From Candidatus Omnitrophota bacterium (GTDB lineage: Bacteria; Omnitrophota; Gorgyraeia; Gygaellales; Profunditerraquicolaceae): a stretch of DNA of 64,000 nt. Position 1 is the first letter of the stretch, and the number at the start of each line of letters is the position of its first letter. Positions 29,982 to 39,268 of the stretch are shown one piece after another. Below the pieces are notes generated by a model. It had not been told where the DNA came from. It searched no databases and saw nothing but the letters and a program-made list of their open reading frames with translations. Made by a program: the position numbers and the translations under genes. The stretch covers positions 10,133-74,132 of the forward strand of contig QZKH01000002.1 in assembly GCA_003598025.1 (NCBI GenBank), given 5' to 3'.

Positions 29982-31538
29982 ATGGCCCAGGTGAAGCGCG
30001 CTTTAATAAGTGTTTCCGATAAAACAGGCATATTGGATTTTGCAAAAGAGCTGGACAAAATGGGTATCGAGATTCTTTCTACGGGAGGGACAGCTAAACT
30101 CCTGCGCGAAAACAAAATATCCGTGAAAGATGTTTCGGATTATACGGGTTTTCCGGAAATACTTGATGGCAGGGTTAAGACATTGCATCCTAAGATCCAT
30201 GCCGGGCTTCTTGCATTAAGAGAGAACAGCCAGCATATGCTTACGTTAACTGACCTGGGTTTAGGATTGATAGACCTCGTAGTCGTAAATTTATATCCCT
30301 TTGAAAAAACAACCCAGAAGCCGGGTGTTACTATTGAAGAGGTAATCGAGAATATCGATATCGGCGGGCCGTCAATGCTTCGTTCCGCGGCTAAGAATGC
30401 CCATTCAGTAGTTGTGGTATGTAACCCCAGTCGTTATTCCCAGGTTATAAGTGAACTAAAGGCAAATAACGGCTCGATCCCGGAAGGGCTTATGCGCAGC
30501 CTGGGTGTAGAGGTATTCTTGCATACCAGCCGTTACGACAATGCGATATATAATTATCTGAGCAATTATTTTAGCGGTAAAACAGAAGATACCGCATTTC
30601 CTAGCGAAGTCAGTTTTACATTTGAGAAGATACAGGACCTAAGATATGGAGAAAACTCTCATCAAAAGGCAGCATTCTATAAGGAAAAAAACAAAAATAG
30701 GGGTATCATTAATTTAAAACAGCTCCAGGGCAAAGAGCTATCTTTCAATAATATCCTTGATTTAAACAGCTCATGGGAGCTTGTCAATGAATTTGAAAAT
30801 CCGGCAGCTGTAATAGTCAAGCATAATAATCCCTGTGGCGTTGCGCAAGATTATAGCCTTTCCAAGGCATATCTTAGCGCATGGAAATGCGACTCACTTT
30901 CGGCATTTGGCGGGATAGTGGCATTAAACAGAAAGCTTGATTTAACAACTGCGAAATTGATTGCAAAGAGCGGATTCCTGGAATGTATAATTGCCCCAGA
31001 TTATGATGAGCAGGCAAAAGGATATTTCAAGGATAAGAAAAATCTTAGGGTGCTTACGTTGAAGGATTCAGGCCCTATGCTTGATACCGATTTAAAAAGG
31101 GTCAGCGGAGGACTGCTTTTGCAGGATAAAGATGTAAAGACCATTGATTTGAAAGAGATTAAAATAGTTACTAAGAAAAAACCAAGCAAAGTTCAAATGC
31201 AGAGTTTAATTTTCGGATGGAAGGTGGCAAAGCACGTAAAATCAAATGCGATAGTCCTTACCAGGGGCAATAAAACCGTAGGCATAGGTGCCGGCCAAAT
31301 GTCCAGGGTAGATTCTGTTACTATAGCTAAAATTAAATCATCAGGCCAGATAAAGAACTCTTGTCTTGCTTCTGATGCCTTCTTTCCGAAGGCAGATGCC
31401 GTGGTGCTGGCGGCTAAATCAGGAGTGAAGGCGATAATACAGCCGGGCGGCTCGATTTCGGACAAGGAAATAATAAAAGCCTGCGATAAATATGGTATTT
31501 CTATGGTATTTACCGGTATCAGGCATTTCAGGCATTGA
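29982..31538 (+). CDS. purH: Bifunctional AICAR transformylase/IMP cyclohydrolase
   Basis: RALISVSDK, GRVKTLHP, IDIGGPSM, KHNNPCG, ASDAFFP, RHFRH. Confidence 0.97.
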   Translation: MAQVKRALISVSDKTGILDFAKELDKMGIEILSTGGTAKLLRENKISVKDVSDYTGFPEILDGRVKTLHPKIHAGLLALRENSQHMLTLTDLGLGLIDLVVVNLYPFEKTTQKPGVTIEEVIENIDIGGPSMLRSAAKNAHSVVVVCNPSRYSQVISELKANNGSIPEGLMRSLGVEVFLHTSRYDNAIYNYLSNYFSGKTEDTAFPSEVSFTFEKIQDLRYGENSHQKAAFYKEKNKNRGIINLKQLQGKELSFNNILDLNSSWELVNEFENPAAVIVKHNNPCGVAQDYSLSKAYLSAWKCDSLSAFGGIVALNRKLDLTTAKLIAKSGFLECIIAPDYDEQAKGYFKDKKNLRVLTLKDSGPMLDTDLKRVSGGLLLQDKDVKTIDLKEIKIVTKKKPSKVQMQSLIFGWKVAKHVKSNAIVLTRGNKTVGIGAGQMSRVDSVTIAKIKSSGQIKNSCLASDAFFPKADAVVLAAKSGVKAIIQPGGSISDKEIIKACDKYGISMVFTGIRHFRH

Positions 31539-31583
31539 CAAGCCCGCTTTTTTAGTTTCCTGGCTGGAGAATAATCACAAGAA

Positions 31584-32936
31584 GTGACCTATCCCGAAGT
31601 TCTCAAGTATTTAGAATCCTTTATAAACTACGAAAAGATCCCGGTTTACCCGTATAAAGAATCTTGTAAACTTGAACGGGTCAAAGGCCTCTTGGATCTG
31701 ATCGGTAATCCCCAGCATAAATTAAGGTGTGTGCATGTTGCCGGTTCCAAGGGCAAGGGTTCGACTTGCTCTTTTGCCGCATATATTTTAAGGGCCTGCG
31801 GTTTTCAAGTAGGGCTATATACATCTCCGCATTTGAATGATTTTAGAGAAAGAATCAGAGTCTTAAGTTATCAGGCGTCAGCTTTCAGCCGCCAGTGTGA
31901 TTTTGAAGGGATGATAACTGAGCAGGAATTAACCGGGATAGTCACAGAATACAAAGCGGTTTTTGATGATTATTGCAGTAAATCGGAATATGGCCCGCTT
32001 TCTTTCTTTGAAGTCTATACTACGATAGCGTTTATTTATTATTTAAGGAAAAATGTGGATTTTGTCGTCCTTGAAACAGGGCTTGGAGGCAGGCTTGATG
32101 CTACTAATACGGTTTATTCTTTAGTCAGTGTAATCACCCCGATAAGTTATGAGCATACACAGAAATTAGGCAATACGCTTGGTGAAATTGCCTATGAAAA
32201 AGCTGGGATAATAAAAGGAATCAAGGAATCAAGGGGGCCGATAGTCATTTGTGCGCCTCAAGAAAAAGAAGTTACGGAAGTAATTAAGAAAAAATGCCAG
32301 GATACGGGGTCAAGGCTATACAGGGTAGGAGAGGATATCTTATATGGCCATAAGGCCGGGAAATTATGGATCAAAGGTATTTTCGGAGAATATCATGATT
32401 TGGAGATAAAGCTTGCCGGCGAACACCAATTAATGAATGCAGTTACTGCTGTTGCAGCAGTAGAAGCGCTGCATTTTCTTGGAATTCATTCCCGGCCTGA
32501 ATGCATAAGAGAAGGGTTAAAAAACACTTCTTGGCCAGGAAGGTGCGAGGTGGTCTCCAGGAAACCTCTTGTTGTCTTAGACGGAGCCCATAATGAAGCT
32601 TCGGCAAGAGCTCTCAGGGAGACGCTGTTAAATAACTTTAAATTTAAACGCGTGATCTCAGTGATAGGAATGTCCAATGACAAAGATATAGCAGGATTCT
32701 GCAGGGAGCTTGATAAAATTAGCGATATTGTAATTTTGACCAAAGCGGATAACCCCAGGGCAGTTGAACCTAACGAATTAAGCCTGTTTTTTAGGACACA
32801 ACACAAGTTTATTGCCTCCGATTTAAGATCCGCCAGACTTGAAGTTATCAATAACGCGGCTCAAGAAGACCTTGTAATTATAACCGGATCTTTATTTCTT
32901 GTTGGAGAGGCCAGGGTATTATCATGGGCAAGTTAA
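31584..32936 (+). CDS. folC: Folylpolyglutamate synthase/dihydrofolate synthase
   Basis: HVAGSKGKGS, YTSPHL, ETGLGGRLDATN, WPGR, DGAHN, GSLFLVG. Confidence 0.95.
   Translation: MTYPEVLKYLESFINYEKIPVYPYKESCKLERVKGLLDLIGNPQHKLRCVHVAGSKGKGSTCSFAAYILRACGFQVGLYTSPHLNDFRERIRVLSYQASAFSRQCDFEGMITEQELTGIVTEYKAVFDDYCSKSEYGPLSFFEVYTTIAFIYYLRKNVDFVVLETGLGGRLDATNTVYSLVSVITPISYEHTQKLGNTLGEIAYEKAGIIKGIKESRGPIVICAPQEKEVTEVIKKKCQDTGSRLYRVGEDILYGHKAGKLWIKGIFGEYHDLEIKLAGEHQLMNAVTAVAAVEALHFLGIHSRPECIREGLKNTSWPGRCEVVSRKPLVVLDGAHNEASARALRETLLNNFKFKRVISVIGMSNDKDIAGFCRELDKISDIVILTKADNPRAVEPNELSLFFRTQHKFIASDLRSARLEVINNAAQEDLVIITGSLFLVGEARVLSWAS
31861..31895 (+). repeat. Degenerate tandem heptamers inside folC
   Basis: TCTTAAG TTATCAG GCGTCAG CTTTCAG CCGCCAG, encoding an apparent loop insertion after RERIR. 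Confidence 0.55.
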
Positions 32937-34357
32937 AATATACCTCTGATACTATAGCAGCTATTTCTACTTCGTCGGGTGATTCGGGTATTGGAATAGT
33001 GCGTATAAGCGGTAGCGATGCTATCGCAATTGCCGATAGGATCTTTGTTTCCAAGGATAAGAAATTGCCCAGCGGTTTTAAGACATATACTATCCATTAT
33101 GGGTGGATAGTAGATAGTTCACAGTTAATAGTTCACAGTTCACAGAATAAAGAGAATGAGTTGCCTCGGAATAATATTGTGGATGAAGTCTTGCTTACTG
33201 TGATGCGTGCGCCCAGGTCTTTTACTAAAGAAGATATAATAGAAATAAATTGTCATGGCGGCCCAGTTGCTATGCGCGCAGTTTTAGATCTAGCCTTGGC
33301 TAATGGGGCAAGATTGGCTGAACCCGGCGAGTTTACAAAGCGCGCGTTTCTAAACGGCAGAATTGACCTGGCCCAGGCAGAAGCGGTGTTGGACGTTATC
33401 AGCGCAAAGACGGAGATGGCCCTTAGAGTAGGCGCCAGGCAGCTTGCCGGGGTTTTATCGGTCAAAATAGAGGACATAAGGAGCCGTATTTTAGAGATTT
33501 TGGCGTTGCTTGAGGCTAATATAGATTTTCCTGAAGAAGAGATTGGTTCGATTGATTTTGGCAGATTGTGCAAGGCAGCGGATGATATACGTTCACGCAT
33601 ATCCGGGATTCTCGACAGCGCAAATAAGGGTAAGATTATACGTGATGGAATAAAGGTTGTTATATGCGGCAAGGCTAATGTGGGTAAGTCTTCCCTTCTC
33701 AATGCATTATTAAAAGAAGAGAGGTCTATAGTCACTCATATTGCAGGTACGACCCGTGACACAATAGAAGAGATGATAGATATAAGAGGGATTCCTGTAT
33801 GCATAGTTGATACTGCAGGGATGCTGAAACCCAGGGATGTAATCGAAAAGAAAGCTTTGAAGCGCTCGAGAAAATATATACAATCAGCAGATTTATTATT
33901 GCTGTTATTTGATGCGGGAAAGAAATTGGATAAGCATGACAGGATGCTTATTAAAAAGCTTTCCAAAAAAGAATGCATTGCAGTAATAAATAAAATCGAC
34001 CTCAAGGCAAGGATCAGCAAGGAAGAGATAAAGAAGTATTTTGATAAAGTCATAGAAATATCAGTAAAGAAACACAAGAATATTAATATCCTTGAGGATA
34101 CTTTTACAGAATGGGCTTTTAAGGGTTCTTACGGTGCAGAATCTGTGCTAATCAGCAACCTCAGGCACATCGAAGCCTTAAAAAGCGCAAATAAACTTGT
34201 TGCTGAAGCCAGGGAATTAATGGATAATAAATTATCCGCAGAGTTGATTGCGCAAAGCCTTAGAGAGGCTATTTCCCAGTTGGACTTGATATTGGGGAAG
34301 AATTTTAACCAGGATTTAATAGATAAGATATTCAATGATTTCTGTATAGGTAAGTAG
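32924..34357 (+). CDS. mnmE: tRNA modification GTPase MnmE
   Basis: [47 protein letters not shown]. Confidence 0.97.
   Translation: MGKLKYTSDTIAAISTSSGDSGIGIVRISGSDAIAIADRIFVSKDKKLPSGFKTYTIHYGWIVDSSQLIVHSSQNKENELPRNNIVDEVLLTVMRAPRSFTKEDIIEINCHGGPVAMRAVLDLALANGARLAEPGEFTKRAFLNGRIDLAQAEAVLDVISAKTEMALRVGARQLAGVLSVKIEDIRSRILEILALLEANIDFPEEEIGSIDFGRLCKAADDIRSRISGILDSANKGKIIRDGIKVVICGKANVGKSSLLNALLKEERSIVTHIAGTTRDTIEEMIDIRGIPVCIVDTAGMLKPRDVIEKKALKRSRKYIQSADLLLLLFDAGKKLDKHDRMLIKKLSKKECIAVINKIDLKARISKEEIKKYFDKVIEISVKKHKNINILEDTFTEWAFKGSYGAESVLISNLRHIEALKSANKLVAEARELMDNKLSAELIAQSLREAISQLDLILGKNFNQDLIDKIFNDFCIGK
33102..33145 (+). repeat. Tandem heptamer array inside mnmE
   Basis: GGTGGAT AGTAGAT AGTTCAC AGTTAAT AGTTCAC AGTTCAC AG. 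Confidence 0.75.
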
Positions 34358-34365
34358 GAGAGAAA

Positions 34366-34935
34366 ATGAAAGAAATGAATAAAAAGAAGATCGAAGATGC
34401 GGTAAGGCAGATACTGGAGGCAATAGGCGAGAACCCGCGTAAAAAAGATCTATTGGATACCCCCAGGAGAGTCGCCGAGATGTATGAAGAGATTTTTTCC
34501 GGTATAAGCCAGGACCCGAATAAAGAATTAGAAGTTATACTGGACCAGAAACATCATGAAATAATACTTCTCAAGAATGTGCCTTTATACAGCGTATGCG
34601 AGCATCATCTCTTGCCTTTTATAGGCAAAGCGCATATAGCCTACATACCGCGCAAGGGCAGAGTAACGGGGTTAAGTAAATTGGCAAGAGTGGTGGATAT
34701 TCTGGCAAGAAGGCCGCAGGTCCAGGAGAGGCTCACTACTCAAATAGTCGAGATCATTATGTCTAAATTGAGGCCTTTAGGAGCTATGGTAGTCATAGAG
34801 GCAGAGCATCTTTGTATGTCTATGCGTGGTGTAAGAAAGCCGGGTACACTTACTGTCACATCGGCAGTCAGGGGTATTTTTAAGGAAAACGAAAAGACTC
34901 GTGCAGAGACATTAGCGCTGATGAAAGATAGGTAA
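34366..34935 (+). CDS. folE: GTP cyclohydrolase I
   Basis: [36 protein letters not shown]. Confidence 0.97.
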   Translation: MKEMNKKKIEDAVRQILEAIGENPRKKDLLDTPRRVAEMYEEIFSGISQDPNKELEVILDQKHHEIILLKNVPLYSVCEHHLLPFIGKAHIAYIPRKGRVTGLSKLARVVDILARRPQVQERLTTQIVEIIMSKLRPLGAMVVIEAEHLCMSMRGVRKPGTLTVTSAVRGIFKENEKTRAETLALMKDR

Positions 34936-34967
34936 TAAGCGCAGAAAGCCATATCCAGGAGGGTAAA

Positions 34968-35516
34968 ATGAAGATAGAAGAAATTCAAATTAAGGCAAGG
35001 AGAGAATTTAATAATGCAATTTGCTTAATAGGCGTAATCCCGTTTTTGGTTTTTCTTTATTTATTGGTGGTGAAGGTCAGCTCGTTTAAAATACTCGTAG
35101 GCGATGTCGGTTATATAATGATTACCGCCATGGTTTTATTGCTTCTGGGTATTTTTATCGGCAGGAAGCTGCTTTGGGACCTGATATCTAATTTAATAGA
35201 GTTCAGCCGCCAGATAATGAATATGCAGCAGGAACTTGTAGAAAAGAAAAGATTGGCGGCGATAACAGAGACTGCCTTATCTTTGGGGCATGAAATAAAT
35301 AATCCTCTTTTAGTAATAAGGGGTAATTTGGAAATGCTTGAAAGCGATATGTCTCAATCTTCTTTCGATAATTCAATAAAAGAAAGATTGGTCCTGATCA
35401 AAAGTTATTTTAACCGCATAGGAGAAGTTACCCAGAAGATGAGCCGGCTTTCAAATCCTGTTTTGACTGATGTTTATGGCGATACAAATATGATAGATTT
35501 GGGCAATTCCGAATAA
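34968..35516 (+). CDS. Two-TM protein with HisKA (H-box) but no HATPase domain
   Basis: Two TM helices, LGHEINNPL; protein ends at 182 aa. Confidence 0.75.
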   Translation: MKIEEIQIKARREFNNAICLIGVIPFLVFLYLLVVKVSSFKILVGDVGYIMITAMVLLLLGIFIGRKLLWDLISNLIEFSRQIMNMQQELVEKKRLAAITETALSLGHEINNPLLVIRGNLEMLESDMSQSSFDNSIKERLVLIKSYFNRIGEVTQKMSRLSNPVLTDVYGDTNMIDLGNSE

Positions 35517-35528
35517 AAAGGAGATACC

Positions 35529-35738
35529 ATGAAATATTTGAGAAAAGACAAATTTAGCAAGCCTTTTACAGCAAGCGATATCCTGAATCTGGCGCTGGAA
35601 AAAGAAAAATCTTCCTATGAGTTCTACTCTAAGATTATAGAGCAGACAAAGAATGCATCCTTGCTTAAGCTTTTAAAACAGCTTAAAGATGCGGAGCTGG
35701 GCCATATACGCGCGATCAAGGCTTTAATCAGCAAGTAG
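35529..35738 (+). CDS. Small ferritin-like/half-rubrerythrin protein
   Basis: ILNLALEKEKSSYEFY...AELGH; GGAG RBS. Confidence 0.7.
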   Translation: MKYLRKDKFSKPFTASDILNLALEKEKSSYEFYSKIIEQTKNASLLKLLKQLKDAELGHIRAIKALISK

Positions 35739-35792
35739 CCTGAAACGAACTAAACACCCATTAAGCTAATTGAAAAGTTTTTGTCCGGAGAT

Positions 35793-35822
35793 TTGACTTT
35801 TATCCCAAGGTTATGCTATATT
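35793..35822 (+). promoter_or_regulatory. Putative sigma70 promoter
   Basis: TTGACT ... TGcTATATT (extended -10). Confidence 0.45.
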
Positions 35823-35860
35823 TTACTTACTGCTGCCGTTAAACCTAAATAGGGGTTTTT

Positions 35861-38383
35861 ATGGATAAACCTAAAGAAAAAACCGGATTATCTCTTCAAG
35901 AAAAGCTATTATCCTTCCAAAGTCTTATAAATAATTTCCCTATCCCAATATTTTACAAGGATTTAAAAGGCAATTATCTGGGTTGCAACCTGGCCTTTAA
36001 GCAATACCTCGGGTTGGATAAAAGCGATATTATAGGCAAGAGCGCATATGATATTTCTCCGGTTGATCTAGCGATTAACCATAAAGAGCGGGACCAGGAG
36101 TTATGTGAAAAAGGCGGGTCCCAGAAGTATGAAACAGCGGTTCTTGGCGCAGACGGCTTAAGGCATAATGTCGAATTCTATAAAGAGGTATTTTATGATG
36201 AAAAAGGGAATAAGGCCGGAATAATCGGGATAATATTTGATATAACCGAAAGAAAGAAGAAAGAAGAGTTATTAAAAGAGGCCCGCCAGGAATTAGAGAT
36301 AAGGGTTAAGGTGCGCACTGCAGAGATAGCCAAGATAAACGAGGATCTGCGTAAAGAAATCAATGAAAGGAAACGCGCAGAAGAAGCTCTGCGGGAAAGC
36401 GAAGAAACATACAGGGCGCTTGTTAATAACTCGCTGTTTGGTGCTTTTATTATTCAAGATGAGAAGATCGTATTTGTTAACCCAAAAATGATGGAGGTTA
36501 TGGGTTATTCCCAGCAGGAAGCGTTGAATGAGGATATTTTTGCATTTGTCCATCCCGAAGATAAAGAAAAGGTGAGAAATTATTATCACCTGCGTCTAAC
36601 GGGAAAAGATGCCCCGAGTGTTTATGAAGCCAGGGGTATAGCTAAAGATGGCAAGGTGATCTATTGGCAAGTGCAGGCATCGTTGATAAATTACCGGAAT
36701 AGGCCGGCGATTTTTGTGAACTTAGTAGATATAACGGCGAGAAAGGAATTCGAGGATAAGCTTGAAAAAAGCAAAGAAGAGATACGGATGTACCTGGATA
36801 TTGCGAATGTCATAATATTGATTATAGATAAAGATTCCAAAGTAAGATTGATAAATAAAAAGGGCTGCAACGTACTCGGCTATAATGATTATAAGGAGAT
36901 TATAGGCAAAGACTGGTTTAATACATTCTTGCCTAAGAAATACAGGAATAAGGTAAAAGAGGTCTTTGAGGAGCTGATGGCAGGCAAGGTTAAAGAATTC
37001 GGAGAGGCAGAGAATCCTGTTATAACCAGGGATGGCAAGGAAAAAGTTATACTTTGGCATAACAGCCTGATAAAAGATCCCGGAGGCAAGATAGTTGCCA
37101 CTATCAGTTCCGGGCAAGATATCACGGAGCGCAAAGCCGTAGAAAAGAAAATTGCCCATATGAACCTTGAACTCAATAGGACCAACAAGAAACTTAAACA
37201 GCTGGCTTTGCTTGACCTGGGTACAGGCGTATATAACCACCGTTATTTAACCGAAATTATCGAAGCTGAATTCTACCGCGCAAGAAGATATGCGCATCCT
37301 TTATCTGCGATAATGATGGACGTGGATTATTTTAAATCCATAAATGATGTGTACGGGCATAAATTTGGAGACATGGTCTTAAAACAGCTTGCAACCCAGC
37401 TTAAGAAGATGGTGCGTAAATATGATATCATCGTCAGGTTCGGCGGCGAGGAGTTTGTAATAATCTCTCCGGGGGCAGATAGGTCCACAGCCTTGGTTTT
37501 AGCACAAAGATTATTAGATGCTGTCAATTTGTATAATTTCGGCAACAAAATACATTCAGTTAAAATACGCATGAGTGTGGCTGTAGTCTCATACCCGGAA
37601 GATAAATCAGTAAAGGGGATGGACCTTATTGATGAAGCCGCAGAGATTGTAAATAAAATAAAAGAAAAAGGCGGTAATGCCGTTTCCTGCTCCCTGGATT
37701 TAAAAAAGGTAAAAACCAGGGTTAAGGTTAATCACAAGGCGCATGATAATGTCAAGTCTCTGCAGAGAAGGGTCAACCTTCTTAATAAAAGGTCCAAGGA
37801 AAATCTGATTGAAGCCGTTTTTGCTTTTGCTAAAACAATAGAAGTCAGGGATCATGGCACTGGTGAGCATACTGAGAGAACAGTAGGGTATGCCACGCAG
37901 ATAGCAAAGGCCATGAATCTGCCTCAGGAAGAAATCGAGCATATAAAACAGGCAGCGATACTGCATGATTTGGGAAAAATAGGCATAAGCGAGGACGTTT
38001 TAAACAAGAAAGATAAATTAACTAAGGAAGAATTTAAACAGATACAGAAGCATACCCAAATAGGCGTAGATATCATTCGCCCTATACAGTTCCTTCACCC
38101 CATAATCCCGCTGATACTTTACCATCATGAGAGATGGGATGGTAAGGGCTATCCGGGCGGTTTAAAGGGCGAAGAGATACCTGTAGGCGCAAGAATAGTC
38201 GCATTGGCAGATGTATACCAGGCTTTGACTTCGGACCGCCCTTACCGTAAGGCATTTTCTAAAGACAAAGCCATAGAAATCATCAAAAATGGCTCCGGAT
38301 CGCATTTTGACCCGCAGATTGTAAACATATTCCTGAATTTAATCAATATCAAAGAGAAAGTAACTAAGAAAAAGCGCCATTAG
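35861..38383 (+). CDS. PAS(3x)-GGDEF-HD-GYP c-di-GMP turnover enzyme
   Basis: Three PAS/PAC units ending DIT; RKYD I-site + GGEEF; HDLGK, HHERWDGKGYP, RPYR. Confidence 0.92.
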   Translation: MDKPKEKTGLSLQEKLLSFQSLINNFPIPIFYKDLKGNYLGCNLAFKQYLGLDKSDIIGKSAYDISPVDLAINHKERDQELCEKGGSQKYETAVLGADGLRHNVEFYKEVFYDEKGNKAGIIGIIFDITERKKKEELLKEARQELEIRVKVRTAEIAKINEDLRKEINERKRAEEALRESEETYRALVNNSLFGAFIIQDEKIVFVNPKMMEVMGYSQQEALNEDIFAFVHPEDKEKVRNYYHLRLTGKDAPSVYEARGIAKDGKVIYWQVQASLINYRNRPAIFVNLVDITARKEFEDKLEKSKEEIRMYLDIANVIILIIDKDSKVRLINKKGCNVLGYNDYKEIIGKDWFNTFLPKKYRNKVKEVFEELMAGKVKEFGEAENPVITRDGKEKVILWHNSLIKDPGGKIVATISSGQDITERKAVEKKIAHMNLELNRTNKKLKQLALLDLGTGVYNHRYLTEIIEAEFYRARRYAHPLSAIMMDVDYFKSINDVYGHKFGDMVLKQLATQLKKMVRKYDIIVRFGGEEFVIISPGADRSTALVLAQRLLDAVNLYNFGNKIHSVKIRMSVAVVSYPEDKSVKGMDLIDEAAEIVNKIKEKGGNAVSCSLDLKKVKTRVKVNHKAHDNVKSLQRRVNLLNKRSKENLIEAVFAFAKTIEVRDHGTGEHTERTVGYATQIAKAMNLPQEEIEHIKQAAILHDLGKIGISEDVLNKKDKLTKEEFKQIQKHTQIGVDIIRPIQFLHPIIPLILYHHERWDGKGYPGGLKGEEIPVGARIVALADVYQALTSDRPYRKAFSKDKAIEIIKNGSGSHFDPQIVNIFLNLINIKEKVTKKKRH

Positions 38384-38448
38384 TCCTTGCTTTTTTTATA
38401 AGTTAAAGTAGAATTAATTATAATAGTTTGTTAAAAAAGAGCTCAATT

Positions 38449-38772
38449 ATGACCGACAAAATTTATGTTGATATCGGGTATGGCCAGGGCAGTTATTGTA
38501 AGGGTTATATTCTGGATATCAGTAAGGCCGGAGCAGGGATCGCCTGCAGTTGCAGTATCCCTAAAGGAGAAAAAGTTGATCTTTTGCCTGCCGAGGGTTA
38601 TATTTTGCCTATGAAGGCAGAAGTTGTTTTCAGCGATAAACGTTCAGGCAGCCCTTATCCGTTTATTATCGGTGTAAAGTTTAATAAGCTGGATAAAGAG
38701 CAGAAGAATAAGCTTGAAAAGTTTATAGACGGCCTGGAGCAGAGAAAGATAAAACGCTTAAGTTTGACATAA
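38449..38772 (+). CDS. PilZ-domain protein (RxxxR only at C-terminus)
   Basis: DISKAG, IGVKF, C-terminal EQRKIKR; start uncertain (38428 TTG or 38449 ATG). Confidence 0.7.
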   Translation: MTDKIYVDIGYGQGSYCKGYILDISKAGAGIACSCSIPKGEKVDLLPAEGYILPMKAEVVFSDKRSGSPYPFIIGVKFNKLDKEQKNKLEKFIDGLEQRKIKRLSLT

Positions 38773-38774
38773 CT

Positions 38775-39164
38775 ATGGAAACAAGGATTACCCCCAGAGT
38801 AGATATAAATATTACCATTATTTCAACCATCCCTGCTGACCAGCAGCAAAAATTTGCTCTCACTTGCGGATCAAGGTTTGAAGCACACGCGCTGGATATA
38901 AGCGAGATGGGAATAGGGATAGTATCAAAGTATTACTTACCGAAGAAACTCATCATAGAGATGGAGATAGACGGAACGCTCTTCGGCTTAAAGGATAAAA
39001 TGATAACAATGGGGGAAATAAGGTATTGCGCTTTTGTCAGGACTCTGGGTTACAGGTGCGGAATAAAATTTGTTGACCCGCCGGAAGAATACAGAAAAGC
39101 AATCGCTAAATTTGTCTCCTTATATGAACGCAGGAAAGAACCGCGAGTAAGGCTAGCCGATTAA
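38775..39164 (+). CDS. PilZ-domain protein
   Basis: RITPR, DISEMG, CGIKF, extra C-terminal ERRKEPR. Confidence 0.8.
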   Translation: METRITPRVDINITIISTIPADQQQKFALTCGSRFEAHALDISEMGIGIVSKYYLPKKLIIEMEIDGTLFGLKDKMITMGEIRYCAFVRTLGYRCGIKFVDPPEEYRKAIAKFVSLYERRKEPRVRLAD

Positions 39165-39268
39165 ACCCACCTCTTAAATAATTCAGGATTAAATAAAATA
39201 CCCGGTTAGATAATCATGTTTTTGGCGTCTTATATAGTGGTAATAAGACGTTAATGATAATTTAACCC

